DNA of 64,000 nt. It comes from Waddliaceae bacterium. GTDB lineage: Bacteria > Chlamydiota > Chlamydiia > Chlamydiales > SLFE01. The stretch spans positions 1 through 64,000 of the forward strand of contig CAWAPJ010000029.1 of the NCBI GenBank assembly GCA_963783885.1, read 5' to 3'. Positions 28,955 through 39,261 of this stretch are shown here, piece after piece (position 1 is the stretch's first letter; every line of letters begins with the position of its first letter). The translations under genes and the position numbers were made by a program. The notes beneath the pieces were generated by a model, which saw only the letters and a program-made list of their open reading frames with translations, did no database searches and was not told where the DNA came from.

Positions 28955-29407
28955 ATGAATAGCATGACAAATTCGACTTTTTTTTCAATGACTGAAAAAG
29001 ACGGCTGGACAAACTGCAAAGACAATCGAGCCGGATATTCTATTTCTGTACCTTCTAATTGGGATTATAAGGTTAAGATTACAAAAGATAATGGGATCGA
29101 TTTTTGTGCGGGAACACAAAAGGGTGACAAAATCAAAGGGTTGATTAATCCCTGCATGAGTTTAGAAACTGAAAAGACTGCAGAAAAGGTTAATTATATA
29201 GCTGATATGACAATTAACATTGGAGGTAGAGACTGGGTTGAGGTAGAATCACACACTTCTCATTTAGGAACACCAATGACATATCTTGAACTGCTAACTC
29301 AAGAGGGGGATACGCGTTATACTCTGAAAATGTGGGCGGCTTCAGATGAATTTAGTTCTTACAAAGAGACCTTTAACAAAATCAAAAGTACCGTAAAACT
29401 CGTTTAA
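28955..29407 (+). CDS. Hypothetical protein (PsbP/DcrB-like fold possible)
   Basis: GAGG RBS; GYSISVPSNW and C-terminal F.KIKSTVK pattern. Confidence 0.55.
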   Translation: MNSMTNSTFFSMTEKDGWTNCKDNRAGYSISVPSNWDYKVKITKDNGIDFCAGTQKGDKIKGLINPCMSLETEKTAEKVNYIADMTINIGGRDWVEVESHTSHLGTPMTYLELLTQEGDTRYTLKMWAASDEFSSYKETFNKIKSTVKLV

Positions 29408-29461
29408 AATCTATTTTGCAAAAGTTGAAAAAAATGAGGTTCTTCAACTACGAGTTAGTGT

Positions 29462-30667
29462 ATGTTTCAATACGCTCGGGTTCTCACTTCGCCATTTCTC
29501 AGCTTAACGGCGCTGATGCTGTCGGTCGGCTTCTTTTTGACTTACACGAGCTTGCGTTTGAAAATCGAGGGCTACGACTCTTTTGTCATCGGCGTGATTT
29601 CATCGGGATATTATTTGGGGTTCTTAGTGGGGGCCCTCAAAGTCGAGGGGCTGATCAGCCAGTTGAAACACATTCGGGTGTTTGCCGCCTATGCCAGCAT
29701 ATTAACGGCTGCGATTATGCTTCAGGGAATGTATATCAACGGCTGGTCTTGGTTTATCGTCCGCTTTATCAGCGGTTTTTGCGTCGCAAGTTTGTTCATC
29801 GTCATCGAGAGCTGGTTTTTGGTTGTCAGTCCCGATCATTACCGCGGCCGGATTCTGGCGCTTTATATGGTCGCACTCTACAGCGCTAACGCCGTCAGTC
29901 AATATTTCATCGACGCTTTCGATTTGAGAAGTCTGACGCCTTTCCTTTTAAATGGGCTTCTCTGCTCCCTGGCCGTTGTCCCTGTGACAATGACTCGGAC
30001 TAAGGTTCCCGATCTTGAGGAGCCTGTCCCGGGGATGATGCTCAAAATATGGAAAAAATCCTTTTTTGGAGTCTCGAGCTGCGTGATCGGCGGAGCGATG
30101 CTCGGATGCATCTACTCATTTTTACCGCTGTTTGCCAAAGACAATCATTATTCCGTCGCCAACCTGATGTTCGTTGCGATTATCAGCGGAGTGGTTTTTC
30201 AGTGGCCGCTCGGATGGCTCTCCGATTTTTTCGATCGCAGAAAAGTGATGGTTGGGACGACCTTCGCAATCATGATTCCCGCTGTCATTGTTTATTTTTT
30301 CACTTCAAGCGATAGTGTGGTTTTTATCGCGACTTTTTTTGTGAGCGGTCTTTGTTTTACCGTTTATCCTATGGGGATCACGCAGGCTTGCGATCGACTT
30401 GACTCTCTTCATCTGACAACTGCGACAAGTGTATTGATGTTTGCTTACGGCTTCGGTGCTGTAATAGGTCCTTTGGTCGCCCCGATTTTCATTCAGGTAT
30501 TTCCCCCAGCGGGGCTTTTCCTGTACCTCGCATTCACAAGTTTGGTTCTTACAGCGATCGGTGTTTATGCCATGCTTCGGGTAAAGCCCGTGCCTCTAGA
30601 GAACCAGCAGCAATATGTTCCGGTCCCTTCGGGATATCCCGCCCCCTTTGAAGAAGAGTCGGATTAG
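29462..30667 (+). CDS. MFS transporter (YcaD-like)
   Basis: 12 TM helices; IVIESW, RGRILALY, QWPLGWLSDFFDRRKV, FTVYP. Confidence 0.88.
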   Translation: MFQYARVLTSPFLSLTALMLSVGFFLTYTSLRLKIEGYDSFVIGVISSGYYLGFLVGALKVEGLISQLKHIRVFAAYASILTAAIMLQGMYINGWSWFIVRFISGFCVASLFIVIESWFLVVSPDHYRGRILALYMVALYSANAVSQYFIDAFDLRSLTPFLLNGLLCSLAVVPVTMTRTKVPDLEEPVPGMMLKIWKKSFFGVSSCVIGGAMLGCIYSFLPLFAKDNHYSVANLMFVAIISGVVFQWPLGWLSDFFDRRKVMVGTTFAIMIPAVIVYFFTSSDSVVFIATFFVSGLCFTVYPMGITQACDRLDSLHLTTATSVLMFAYGFGAVIGPLVAPIFIQVFPPAGLFLYLAFTSLVLTAIGVYAMLRVKPVPLENQQQYVPVPSGYPAPFEEESD

Positions 30668-30747
30668 AGCATATTATCGTTCTGTTATAAATTAATTTTA
30701 ATTATAAAGTGTGTTATAATTAATGTGTAATAAATAGTGATAATAAT

Positions 30748-32313
30748 ATGGATAGTTCTAATCGCATTTCGCCGTTTGAAAGCCATTTTAGTCAAATTAG
30801 AAGCGCCTTAAATGAGGGCAAGGGGGAGATTCTTGGGCAGAAAGTTCGGGCGTTAAAGAAGGAAATTTTATCCCAAGGAATATCTGAAAAAGATCAAAAA
30901 ATCCTCCAACAGATCTTTAATCGTTCTTTAGTCGGTTTTACACCTTCTGTCATGCGGGAAATTGAAGAATTAAAAAAAACAGCCGCCAAAAAATATATCC
31001 CCAACATTCGCGATTTAAGCGAGTTTTTGGGCACTTCCAAGAGAATTCAAGATATTCATACAGCCGCCTCCGGCGCTATTGAAAAAGAACCCCTCTTGCA
31101 GGAAAAAGAGCCTCCTATCCGCCAAGAGCATGTTCAGAAGATTATTGATTATATCAAAGAGCATAAACTCGGGTTGCGAAATAAAGCTGTAAAAGGGCGA
31201 AAACATTATCGCATGTTTGCTCTTCCTTTCCAGATTGAACTTCCGAAAGGAAAGGCTACAAGTCCGGATGAGTTGATAATCGTCATCCATTTAAAGCCGG
31301 AAAGTCCTCAGGAGTTCAAAGGAAGAGAGCGTAATGTGGAGGTTTTGGGAGAGGGGGCATTTAAGTCTGTGAGACATTCTCTTCAAGTAACCGGTTTTTC
31401 CAGTCCCCGCCCGAGGGTTGAGTATGCGGCTACAGGCACCTTAAGATCTACACGAAAGGGCAGGCACCTCGACGAAGAAGCCATTCAGGAAGCGATTACT
31501 GAAATGAATCATGAAGTACGGATGCTAAAGTTTTTTGAAGGGAAAAGGGGAATTGTTCAATGTATCGGCCACTGCATTTATCCCGTTAAAACCAAGATAT
31601 CACAAAAATGGTATGGAAAGATTTGGGAGGGGATCTTTGGTGGAAGGCTTAAGATGAATATGGTGATGACTTATGGAACCTCTTTGGATAAAATGCCCAA
31701 TATTCAAGAAAACCGGAAGAAATACACCCTGGATTTGCTGCATGGCTTATCGACTGTTCACAGTAAAAGGATTGTCCATGCCGACATCAAGCCCAAAAAT
31801 ATCCTAGTATCTGCTAAGGATGAAGCTCTACTTGCCGATTTTGGCTCAGCTTATTTTCTTGAAAAGGGAGGCAGGGTCAAGGGGACACCGGCTTATTTTG
31901 CTCCTGAATTATTCTTAGCAATTGCGTATAATCGCCGACGGGACTTAGAAAATTTTGAAAATGTCAAAGCTTCTATCGGAACTCCGCATGATGTTTACAG
32001 CTTGGGGTTGGTTTTATATCAGATGAAGCATGACAAATTGCCTGAAGATCTACAAGTTAGTCTTAATAATGATCACTTACAAACATTTAAAGTGGTACAA
32101 GCCTGGCATAAGGAGCAGACTGAAAAACTCCACAGCGTGGATTATAACGAATATCAAACTCTGGATATCTCCGAAAAGATGGAAATTATCAACGGCATTG
32201 ACGATGAAGATCAACGGGAAGAGGCTTTAATCCTCGAAATGCTCAATCCCCGACCTAGAAATAGAATTCCCGCGGCAAACGCTCTCGAAGAATTTACAAA
32301 TCTTTATCATTAA
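30748..32313 (+). CDS. Hanks-type protein kinase (candidate effector)
   Basis: GEGAFKSV, HADIKPKN, ADFGS, GTPAYFAPE, DVYSLG, RIPA. Confidence 0.87.
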   Translation: MDSSNRISPFESHFSQIRSALNEGKGEILGQKVRALKKEILSQGISEKDQKILQQIFNRSLVGFTPSVMREIEELKKTAAKKYIPNIRDLSEFLGTSKRIQDIHTAASGAIEKEPLLQEKEPPIRQEHVQKIIDYIKEHKLGLRNKAVKGRKHYRMFALPFQIELPKGKATSPDELIIVIHLKPESPQEFKGRERNVEVLGEGAFKSVRHSLQVTGFSSPRPRVEYAATGTLRSTRKGRHLDEEAIQEAITEMNHEVRMLKFFEGKRGIVQCIGHCIYPVKTKISQKWYGKIWEGIFGGRLKMNMVMTYGTSLDKMPNIQENRKKYTLDLLHGLSTVHSKRIVHADIKPKNILVSAKDEALLADFGSAYFLEKGGRVKGTPAYFAPELFLAIAYNRRRDLENFENVKASIGTPHDVYSLGLVLYQMKHDKLPEDLQVSLNNDHLQTFKVVQAWHKEQTEKLHSVDYNEYQTLDISEKMEIINGIDDEDQREEALILEMLNPRPRNRIPAANALEEFTNLYH

Positions 32314-33010
32314 TCAATTGGTATTTGTCATGACGATTGAGTAAGATTTTGGCAACCTGCCTGAAGATATTTGCGTCGGCAAGAGAGATCTCCAACTTGA
32401 TTTCCGGCATGTTGGGATCGGTTCTGTAACCGAAAGCCCCCGGAGGAGACGAGTAAACCCGCAAATATTTTTTCTCACCTGAGGGCGAGAGCGTGATCGC
32501 ATATTTTTTTCCCTCATTATTTTTTGCTAAAAGCGATAAATGAATTCCTTTATTCTGGTCGACAACCTGAATAAAAGGAGATTTTAAGCTCTTAAAGTCT
32601 TTTTCAGAAATATCTCTTGGATAATCGACAAGATGCAGCGGTTCTGCCCTCATAGGGACCTTCAATCCTTTGATAATGGAGGAAAGATCTCCTTCTACCT
32701 TAAATATTTCCACCTTCAGGCAGGCAATTCTTTTAGCAAGGTCGCATCTTATCGTTGGTCTCGTAGAGAGAATTATCGCTTTGAGTCTTCTCATCTGCCG
32801 GCAATGGGGAGTGATTAGATAGAGCTCTTCAGTGTGAAATTGATCGAGTATGAGATAAATAAGCTCTTCAGGCAGAAGCGGAAAAGCATTTACTTCCTCT
32901 TTAGAAGAGGATTGAAAGCGGCCTAAAATGCCTTTAAAAAAATTAAGGCCCCATAGGTTTGAGCTGGTTGGCATATAGCAAATTATATAAAAATCCAAGT
33001 TAAAAAGCAA
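32294..33010 (-). CDS. F-box-like protein (start uncertain, possibly MPTSSN)
   Basis: FPLLPEELIYLILDQF...EL...T.HCRQMRRL F-box-like motif near the N-terminus. Confidence 0.6.
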   Translation of the reverse strand: MLFNLDFYIICYMPTSSNLWGLNFFKGILGRFQSSSKEEVNAFPLLPEELIYLILDQFHTEELYLITPHCRQMRRLKAIILSTRPTIRCDLAKRIACLKVEIFKVEGDLSSIIKGLKVPMRAEPLHLVDYPRDISEKDFKSLKSPFIQVVDQNKGIHLSLLAKNNEGKKYAITLSPSGEKKYLRVYSSPPGAFGYRTDPNMPEIKLEISLADANIFRQVAKILLNRHDKYQLINDKDL

Positions 33011-33066
33011 AATAAACTAATTATTATGATATAATAACATATATAATAAAAACTCTATTTAAAGTT

Positions 33067-34968
33067 ATGGAACCTAAAAAAGCGCAAATAGAAAAAGCTT
33101 CTTTTAAGCCGCCTGTAAACGCTGTTCAGGTTAAAGATACCGGGAAATTGCTTGGACGGAAGGTGTCCAAAACCGCCGAAAAAGATCCCATCGCTCCAAA
33201 AACTCTGGAAGAGTTTCAAAAGCTCACTTTGGAAGAAAGAAGAGATCTGACTAAGAAGGTTGTAGACTCCGGCTTGCCTGGATTTCGGGCAATTGAAATC
33301 AGTTCTGCAAGCGGTGCAGCTGTCCGTAAAATTATCGCTACAAATGAGGCTCTTGGCGACGTTGAGGTCGTTGTTGCATTCCAGAAACAAACTCCATCCG
33401 ACCAGCCGGCGCAATATATGGAAAAAATCATGTATGACTTGGCCGGGATTGTTGGTATGGGAGATATGTTTGCTCCCACTTTGGCGGACGAAAAGGGCAG
33501 CATTCAGGCTCCAATATCGGGAATGAGTTTGCTGGAATTTTTTGCCAAGTTTGACCAAGACGCTCTTCCCGAGGGGCAAAAAACTCCCGAAATGCCTGCT
33601 TTGATCGACGCGACGCTCGCAACGACAGTTTTCGGAATGTTTGACGCTCATGCCAATAATATTTTTGTCACACAAGACGGAAATCTGAAATTTTTTGATA
33701 ATACCCGCTCTATGCCGCACAGCAATAATTTCGTCATCAATCGAGGGGCGGTTTTTCCTTCCTATCGTTCGGGTACATTCCTTCATCCCTATAGTTTTCG
33801 GAAATTACGCGATAATGATGTTGAGAAAATTAAGGAAAAAATTTCTGAAATCAAGGCAAAAGTTCCTGAAATTGAAAAATATCTCAATGAATCTTCTGTA
33901 CAAAATCAACTGCCGATCGGTTGGTTTGATGCAAAATTAAGCCTTGCTGCCATGAGAGAAAGAATCGAGAATATGGAAAAGGCACTAGAATCTCAAGATG
34001 TGCATCTCTATGATTTGATTTTTGCCGCTAATCCCGACTATAAATTTCAGTTATTGCTTCATTTTGCTGTTACAGATCCTTCAACAATGGAAGTTCTTAA
34101 GGATTGTGAAGGTGATGATATTGAACAATTTCTCCCTGGAGTGGCTGACCAAGTTGGAGTTTTCTCTATTTTTAATCTAAAACGCACGGGATTATTAGGA
34201 CGCTCTAAAACAATAAAAACAAGTGATCATACTTATCATATTGATCCCGAAGTTGTATGGGAAATCGCTCATGATGACAGTCTATCTTTAATTGAGGGGG
34301 TCAAAAAAGTCTCTTCTCATGTTGCCGCCAATCGCGATAGCAGCGACATCGATTTAGAGGAAATCGAGAATCACATCGAAGAGATTAGTGCGCGGGTTTA
34401 TTCTCAGGCCCATCTCGATAATAAGGATGTTAAAGCTGAAAATGCACAACGTTACTTCTTATTATATCTTGAAAAAGATGTCAATTATCCAGAAAACAAG
34501 AAATGGGCTTTGTCTAAACTTAAAGAAAATCCCGAAGAGGTTATTTTTTCCGCCGAATCCAAAGAGGGGGGCTATTCACTCAAAGCTTATTACAATAAAG
34601 GCGATAAAGTCGCTGAAGAAATGCTTGATTATGAAAGCGAGCCTGGCAAAATTAAATATCCCGATTGGAAGATGGCTCCTTTGGTGCCCAAACTTTTCCG
34701 ATCGCTGGTTCAAATTAAAAAGCTTCCCTACTTTCATGAAACCTTGACCCCTCAATTGTTGTCAAAAGCCAAGGAAAAAGGTGGATATTGCTTGACGCTC
34801 GGAGATAAGCCCGAAACCGTGATTTTGCACAGATACAATTCTAAGGGAGAAGATAAACCTCTGACGCTGACTCTTTCAGACAAGCCTCGTGTCTTTGGAT
34901 CTGATAAAGGGGAGGTTAGATTAGAGGACCTTCTTACTCCTTTAGAAGGCATTCCCCCAATATTATAA
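33067..34968 (+). CDS. PI3/PI4-kinase-like (atypical kinase fold) protein
   Basis: EKIMYDLA helix, GSIQ, MFDAHANNIF catalytic-loop-like and KFFDN Mg-binding-like motifs. Confidence 0.7.
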   Translation: MEPKKAQIEKASFKPPVNAVQVKDTGKLLGRKVSKTAEKDPIAPKTLEEFQKLTLEERRDLTKKVVDSGLPGFRAIEISSASGAAVRKIIATNEALGDVEVVVAFQKQTPSDQPAQYMEKIMYDLAGIVGMGDMFAPTLADEKGSIQAPISGMSLLEFFAKFDQDALPEGQKTPEMPALIDATLATTVFGMFDAHANNIFVTQDGNLKFFDNTRSMPHSNNFVINRGAVFPSYRSGTFLHPYSFRKLRDNDVEKIKEKISEIKAKVPEIEKYLNESSVQNQLPIGWFDAKLSLAAMRERIENMEKALESQDVHLYDLIFAANPDYKFQLLLHFAVTDPSTMEVLKDCEGDDIEQFLPGVADQVGVFSIFNLKRTGLLGRSKTIKTSDHTYHIDPEVVWEIAHDDSLSLIEGVKKVSSHVAANRDSSDIDLEEIENHIEEISARVYSQAHLDNKDVKAENAQRYFLLYLEKDVNYPENKKWALSKLKENPEEVIFSAESKEGGYSLKAYYNKGDKVAEEMLDYESEPGKIKYPDWKMAPLVPKLFRSLVQIKKLPYFHETLTPQLLSKAKEKGGYCLTLGDKPETVILHRYNSKGEDKPLTLTLSDKPRVFGSDKGEVRLEDLLTPLEGIPPIL

Positions 34969-35721
34969 TGTGCATTCTTTGTATATAGGGTTGGTTGGGA
35001 TGGAGAGTCTCTTTTCTTGAACCAGAGCATACAACTTTTCGATAATCTCCCAATTTTGCACCACTCCCTCATCATTTGTCACTGTTAGTTCTTTTTGTGT
35101 AGAATTTTGAAAGGGAATTAAAGCTCCGCTCAATACCCACTCTTTCCCGCCTTTTTGAGTTTGTTTGAAGATAAAGCTCTCTTTAGTGGTCTGACCTTTC
35201 CAGGTCGTAGCTTGATAACAGACGGTATAACCTTCAGTTTCATTTTCTTGAAAACGGATGATGTTGTCATTCAATTTGGCGGGGCCGCCAAAAATGCAAC
35301 GCATAACGCTTTGGATCGTTTCAGCGGATTCGAGCGGTCTTTTGGCCTCTTTGAGAAAACCATTGATTTTGTCCAACTCATTTATTTGGTCTTGAAAAAA
35401 CTGTGCTTTAGCCTTGTCATGCGAGAAATTCCGCCGATTTTCAAGGCTGGCCCTTCGCTCATCAATTTGTTTATTGGAAGCTAAAAGATAAATCGAAAAA
35501 CGATTCCAGAATTGAGGGCGGATGGCGCAATCTTTTAAAGAAATCTGCAATCCACAAGATTCGAGTAATGAGATATTGACAGTGCGGCTTAAACGCTTCC
35601 ATAATACTTCATCTGAAGAAGCTTCATTAAATTTTTTATTGATAAGGGGAACTACGGTGGCGAGTTCCCTAGGAGGGATATACTGACAAATATGAAAAAG
35701 TAATTCCGGCTCACACAGCAT
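34963..35721 (-). CDS. F-box protein
   Basis: N-terminal PELLFHICQYIPPRELATVVPLINKKFNEASSDEVLWKRL. Confidence 0.8.
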   Translation of the reverse strand: MLCEPELLFHICQYIPPRELATVVPLINKKFNEASSDEVLWKRLSRTVNISLLESCGLQISLKDCAIRPQFWNRFSIYLLASNKQIDERRASLENRRNFSHDKAKAQFFQDQINELDKINGFLKEAKRPLESAETIQSVMRCIFGGPAKLNDNIIRFQENETEGYTVCYQATTWKGQTTKESFIFKQTQKGGKEWVLSGALIPFQNSTQKELTVTNDEGVVQNWEIIEKLYALVQEKRLSIPTNPIYKECTL

Positions 35722-35808
35722 AAATAAAACTCCAGATTAAAAATAGTATAAAGGTTTCTTTATTAAATGTAAATGTTAAAAAAATATTACCATTTAGTAG
35801 ATACATAT

Positions 35809-35861
35809 GAATGCTTTGATTGGGAGGGAGCCAAGTTTTTCGGGATTTTTGACAAGCTTCA
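35809..35861 (-). repeat. Degenerate duplicate of the prpD 3' end
   Basis: 35814-35861 matches 36774-36821 at 41/48 nt (offset 960). Confidence 0.8.
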
Positions 35862-35886
35862 AATCGGTCGCGAGAGAAGATGCTCA

Positions 35887-36306
35887 TTACTTAAAAAAAT
35901 GATGGATAGCGGCAAAAAAAGCACGCAAGTCATCCGGCCCGGTGTGAGCAATCTGATAGATCTTTTGCATGTCAAGATCTTCGTAGGCATGGACGATGCG
36001 GTTTCTGAATCCTGCAGCGTGAGCAAGACGAACAGCCAGCTCTTTTTCAAGAAAGTTTGCTTCACTCAATTTAAAGAAGGCTGCGGCATAGCTCGAAGGA
36101 GAACCCAGATGAAGCGCAACGCAGGCGCTCAACGCCGTATCAATTGTGAGCTGAACCGCTTGCCAAAGATGTAATATCACAGCATCGGAGGAATCGGTAC
36201 CATAGTTAAAATCAGCAACATTTTGCGGCAGTCTGTCGGATACTCGTTTAAGATGCCTTTCAAGTGCGCTCACACGTTCTGCCAAAATTTGCCGGTCTAT
36301 TGCCAT
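35887..36306 (-). CDS. hepT: HEPN (DUF86/HepT) ribonuclease toxin
   Basis: GFRNRIVHAY, an Rx4H motif followed by the conserved Tyr; coupled to the upstream MNT gene. Confidence 0.88.
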   Translation of the reverse strand: MAIDRQILAERVSALERHLKRVSDRLPQNVADFNYGTDSSDAVILHLWQAVQLTIDTALSACVALHLGSPSSYAAAFFKLSEANFLEKELAVRLAHAAGFRNRIVHAYEDLDMQKIYQIAHTGPDDLRAFFAAIHHFFK

Positions 36307-36692
36307 TATCCGAGCTCCTTCAGAATATCCTCATATTCAACTTGAAATAGTGAAGATGTTTCGCACCAAAAGTTAACCGCCTCGAGCCAAAACTTTTGGT
36401 ATTGCCCTTCCGGCATTTCATAAAGGAGAGCGCCATCTTTGATGGCGCGAAATCTGAGCAATGCACTGGCATGCGTTAGATCGACTAAATCAACTTGATT
36501 AGTCTCTAAAAGAAGTTGTAAATCAGTAAAGAGCGGCAAAGGGTCGAAATCTTTATCCGCAATGTAGCCAAAATCCCAGTCCGACTCTTTTCGCGCGACT
36601 CCTTGCGATCTGGAACCAAAAAGAAGCAAAAGATGCAAACCTTTGTACTTCTTAGCGATGGCGGTTATTTTTTTAGCGATCTCATCCCTCAT
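36306..36692 (-). CDS. mntA: Minimal nucleotidyltransferase antitoxin (MntA)
   Basis: LFGSRSQG....SDWD (GSx10DxD), VDLVDL; ATG at 36692 preferred over TTG at 36728. Confidence 0.88.
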   Translation of the reverse strand: MRDEIAKKITAIAKKYKGLHLLLLFGSRSQGVARKESDWDFGYIADKDFDPLPLFTDLQLLLETNQVDLVDLTHASALLRFRAIKDGALLYEMPEGQYQKFWLEAVNFWCETSSLFQVEYEDILKELG

Positions 36693-36750
36693 GTCTCTTA
36701 TTGAAGCAGATAAGTAAATTTTGTACAAAATGATAAGCTCGATTTTGAAA

Positions 36751-38148
36751 TTATATTAAAAAATCAACGAACTCTTTGATAGGGAGGGAGTCAAGTTTTT
36801 CGGGGTCCTTGAAAAGCTCCAGGATTTTATCCGTCTGCTCTTTGAAAAGCTTGGTTTCTAGGTTGCTTTTCGCCTTGTCGAAAAGGAGGGGGACCGCTTC
36901 TTTGCGCCGTCTTTTGTGGCCGATAGGATATTCGACTTCCACTTTTTCTGTTGAAGTGCCGTCTTTAAAATGGACTTGCATGGCATTGGCAATGGAGCGT
37001 TTCTCAGGGTCGAGGTAATCTTGGCTGTATTGCTTGTTTTCGGTCAGCTCCATTTTGGAGCGGAGCTCATCAATCTTGGGGTTGGAGGCGGCTTCATCTT
37101 CGTAGTCGTCTGCGGTGAGTTTTCCGAAAATAAGCCCGACTGCTGTCATGTACTGAAGGCAGTGGTCGCGGTCGGCGGGATTGTGAAGAGGTCCGGTTTT
37201 GTTGATGATCCTCATGGCCGACTCGTGGGTCTCGACGGTGATTTTTTCGATTTCGCTTAGGCGCCCTTTGACCTGGTCGTGGAGTTTGAAGGCGCACTCG
37301 ACGGCCGTTTGCGCATGAAACTCGGCGGGGAAGGTCACTTTGAACAAGATATTTTCTATGACGTAGGAATCGAGGTCCTGCTCGATCTTGACGGGGAGGA
37401 TAGCGTCGTTGAACCCCCAGGTTTTGGCGCTCATCGCCTGGGGATATCCCATTTCGCCTTGCATGGTCATCAGAGCGAGCTGAACGCCGCGGCTTGAGGC
37501 GTCGCCGGCGGCCCACGATTTTCTCGAGCCGGTATTGGGGGCGTGGCGGTAGGTTCTAAGAGAGCCGACGTCGATCCAGGCCTGCGAGACGGCATTGGCT
37601 ACTTGCTCCTTCCCCTCGCCCAAAAGGGCCGCTGCAACAGCTGTTGTGGCGACTTTAACCAAGATGACATGGTCGAAGCCGATCCTGTTGAAGCTGTTGG
37701 AAAGGGCAAGGACCCCTTGAATTTCATAAGCTTTGACGATTCCTTGAAGAAGGTCTCCCACTGTCAGCGATGTGCGGCCTTCCTTTAAGGCCCGCTGGCT
37801 TAAAAAGTCGCCAAGCGCCAGCAAGCCGCCGATATTGTCGGAGGGGTGGCCCCACTCTTTGGCAAGAAAGGTGTCGTTGTAATCGAGCCACCGGATCAGA
37901 GTGCCGATATTGAAGGCGCCCCTTATGGGGTCGAGTATAAAATCTGTTCCGGGAACGCGGCTTCCTCCGGGGACGGTTGTGCCCTGGACCACGGGTCCGA
38001 GCAATTTGGTGCATTCGGGAAAATTGAGAGCCAAAATGGCGCATCCGAGGCTGTCGAGAAGGCATAGTCTCGCGTTATCCAGAGCCTCCTGACTTTCGAT
38101 AGTTTTTTCCGCTGCATATGCGGAAATTTTTTCGAGGACTTCATCCAT
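36751..38148 (-). CDS. prpD: 2-methylcitrate dehydratase
   Basis: [59 protein letters not shown]. Confidence 0.95.
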   Translation of the reverse strand: MDEVLEKISAYAAEKTIESQEALDNARLCLLDSLGCAILALNFPECTKLLGPVVQGTTVPGGSRVPGTDFILDPIRGAFNIGTLIRWLDYNDTFLAKEWGHPSDNIGGLLALGDFLSQRALKEGRTSLTVGDLLQGIVKAYEIQGVLALSNSFNRIGFDHVILVKVATTAVAAALLGEGKEQVANAVSQAWIDVGSLRTYRHAPNTGSRKSWAAGDASSRGVQLALMTMQGEMGYPQAMSAKTWGFNDAILPVKIEQDLDSYVIENILFKVTFPAEFHAQTAVECAFKLHDQVKGRLSEIEKITVETHESAMRIINKTGPLHNPADRDHCLQYMTAVGLIFGKLTADDYEDEAASNPKIDELRSKMELTENKQYSQDYLDPEKRSIANAMQVHFKDGTSTEKVEVEYPIGHKRRRKEAVPLLFDKAKSNLETKLFKEQTDKILELFKDPEKLDSLPIKEFVDFLI

Positions 38149-38151
38149 AAT

Positions 38152-39261
38152 TCACGCTTTCCAAGTTTTGTGCTCTCGGCCGATGTAGCGGCTTAAAGGG
38201 CGTATTAATTTATTGTTTTCCCTCTGCTCAAGCAGGTGGGCCGACCATCCGGCGATCCTGGACATGACAAAAATCGGGGTGAACATCGGAGTCGGGATGC
38301 CGCAGAAATGGTAGGCGGCGGCGCTGTAAAAGTCGAGGTTGGGAAACAGCTTTTTCTCTCTCCACATCACCTTTTCGATTCTTTCCGAAACAGGAAATAT
38401 GTGTTTGTCTCCGGCCATCTCGGAGAGCTTCTTCGCCCACTGTTTGATGATGGGCGAGCGGGGATCTTTAGTTGTGTAGACACGGTGGCCGAAGCCCATG
38501 ATTTTCGTCTTCTTTTTGAGCATCTCGAGAATCTCTTCCTCTGCGGCGTCTGGGCTGTCGAATGATTCAATGAGTTCCATGGCAGCTTCGTTGGCACCGC
38601 CATGAAGAGGGCCTCTTAGCGCGCCTATGCCGCCGCAAATGCAGGAATAAAAATCGGACAAAGTGCTGGCGATGGTGCGTACAGTAAAAGTTGAGGCGTT
38701 GAACTCATGCTCGGCGTAAAGAATCAGCGAGACATCCAGGCACCGGCGGTGGGTTTCATCGGGCTCTTTCTCCAGAAGGAGTCTTAGAAAATGTCCGGCA
38801 GTAGAGTCGTCGCCCGTTTCCACATCGATCCTCTTGCCTTCGGTGTGGAATTTGTACCAGTAGAGGAGCATTGACGGAAAGCTGGCAATCAGGCGGTCAG
38901 AGGCGGCAAACTTTGGAGTTTCCTGGTCTTCGGGTTCCAGATTGCCCAGAACTGAACAGCCTGTGCGGAGCACATCCATCATCTGGGTGCCGCTGGGAAT
39001 CTCTTCAAGAATTTTTTTCAGAGGGGCGGGGAGATAGCGGAGGCTTTTGAGCTCTTGCCTGTAGCTTTTCAGTTCTGCCTGCGTTGGCAGACTGCCGCGA
39101 AGAAGCAGCCAGGCCGCTTCCTCGAAGGTGCTATGCTCTGCCAGGTCTTCAATAGCATATCCTCGGTAAAGAAGGCTTTCTTCTTCGGCTCCGCAGAGGC
39201 AGATTGCCGAATCGCCGGCAATGACTCCCGCGAGTCCTCCAGATTTAACTTTTTGACTCAT
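38152..39261 (-). CDS. prpC: 2-methylcitrate synthase
   Basis: YAEHEFNASTF, GPLHGGANE, MGFGHRVY..DPR, FPNLDF; lies between prpB and prpD. Confidence 0.92.
   Translation of the reverse strand: MSQKVKSGGLAGVIAGDSAICLCGAEEESLLYRGYAIEDLAEHSTFEEAAWLLLRGSLPTQAELKSYRQELKSLRYLPAPLKKILEEIPSGTQMMDVLRTGCSVLGNLEPEDQETPKFAASDRLIASFPSMLLYWYKFHTEGKRIDVETGDDSTAGHFLRLLLEKEPDETHRRCLDVSLILYAEHEFNASTFTVRTIASTLSDFYSCICGGIGALRGPLHGGANEAAMELIESFDSPDAAEEEILEMLKKKTKIMGFGHRVYTTKDPRSPIIKQWAKKLSEMAGDKHIFPVSERIEKVMWREKKLFPNLDFYSAAAYHFCGIPTPMFTPIFVMSRIAGWSAHLLEQRENNKLIRPLSRYIGREHKTWKA

Noticed and set aside
33055..33786. 243-aa antisense ORF
   Set aside because: Shadow of the PI-kinase-like gene
35773..36174. 133-aa plus-strand ORF
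   Set aside because: Antisense to the HEPN toxin and the prpD scar; no motif
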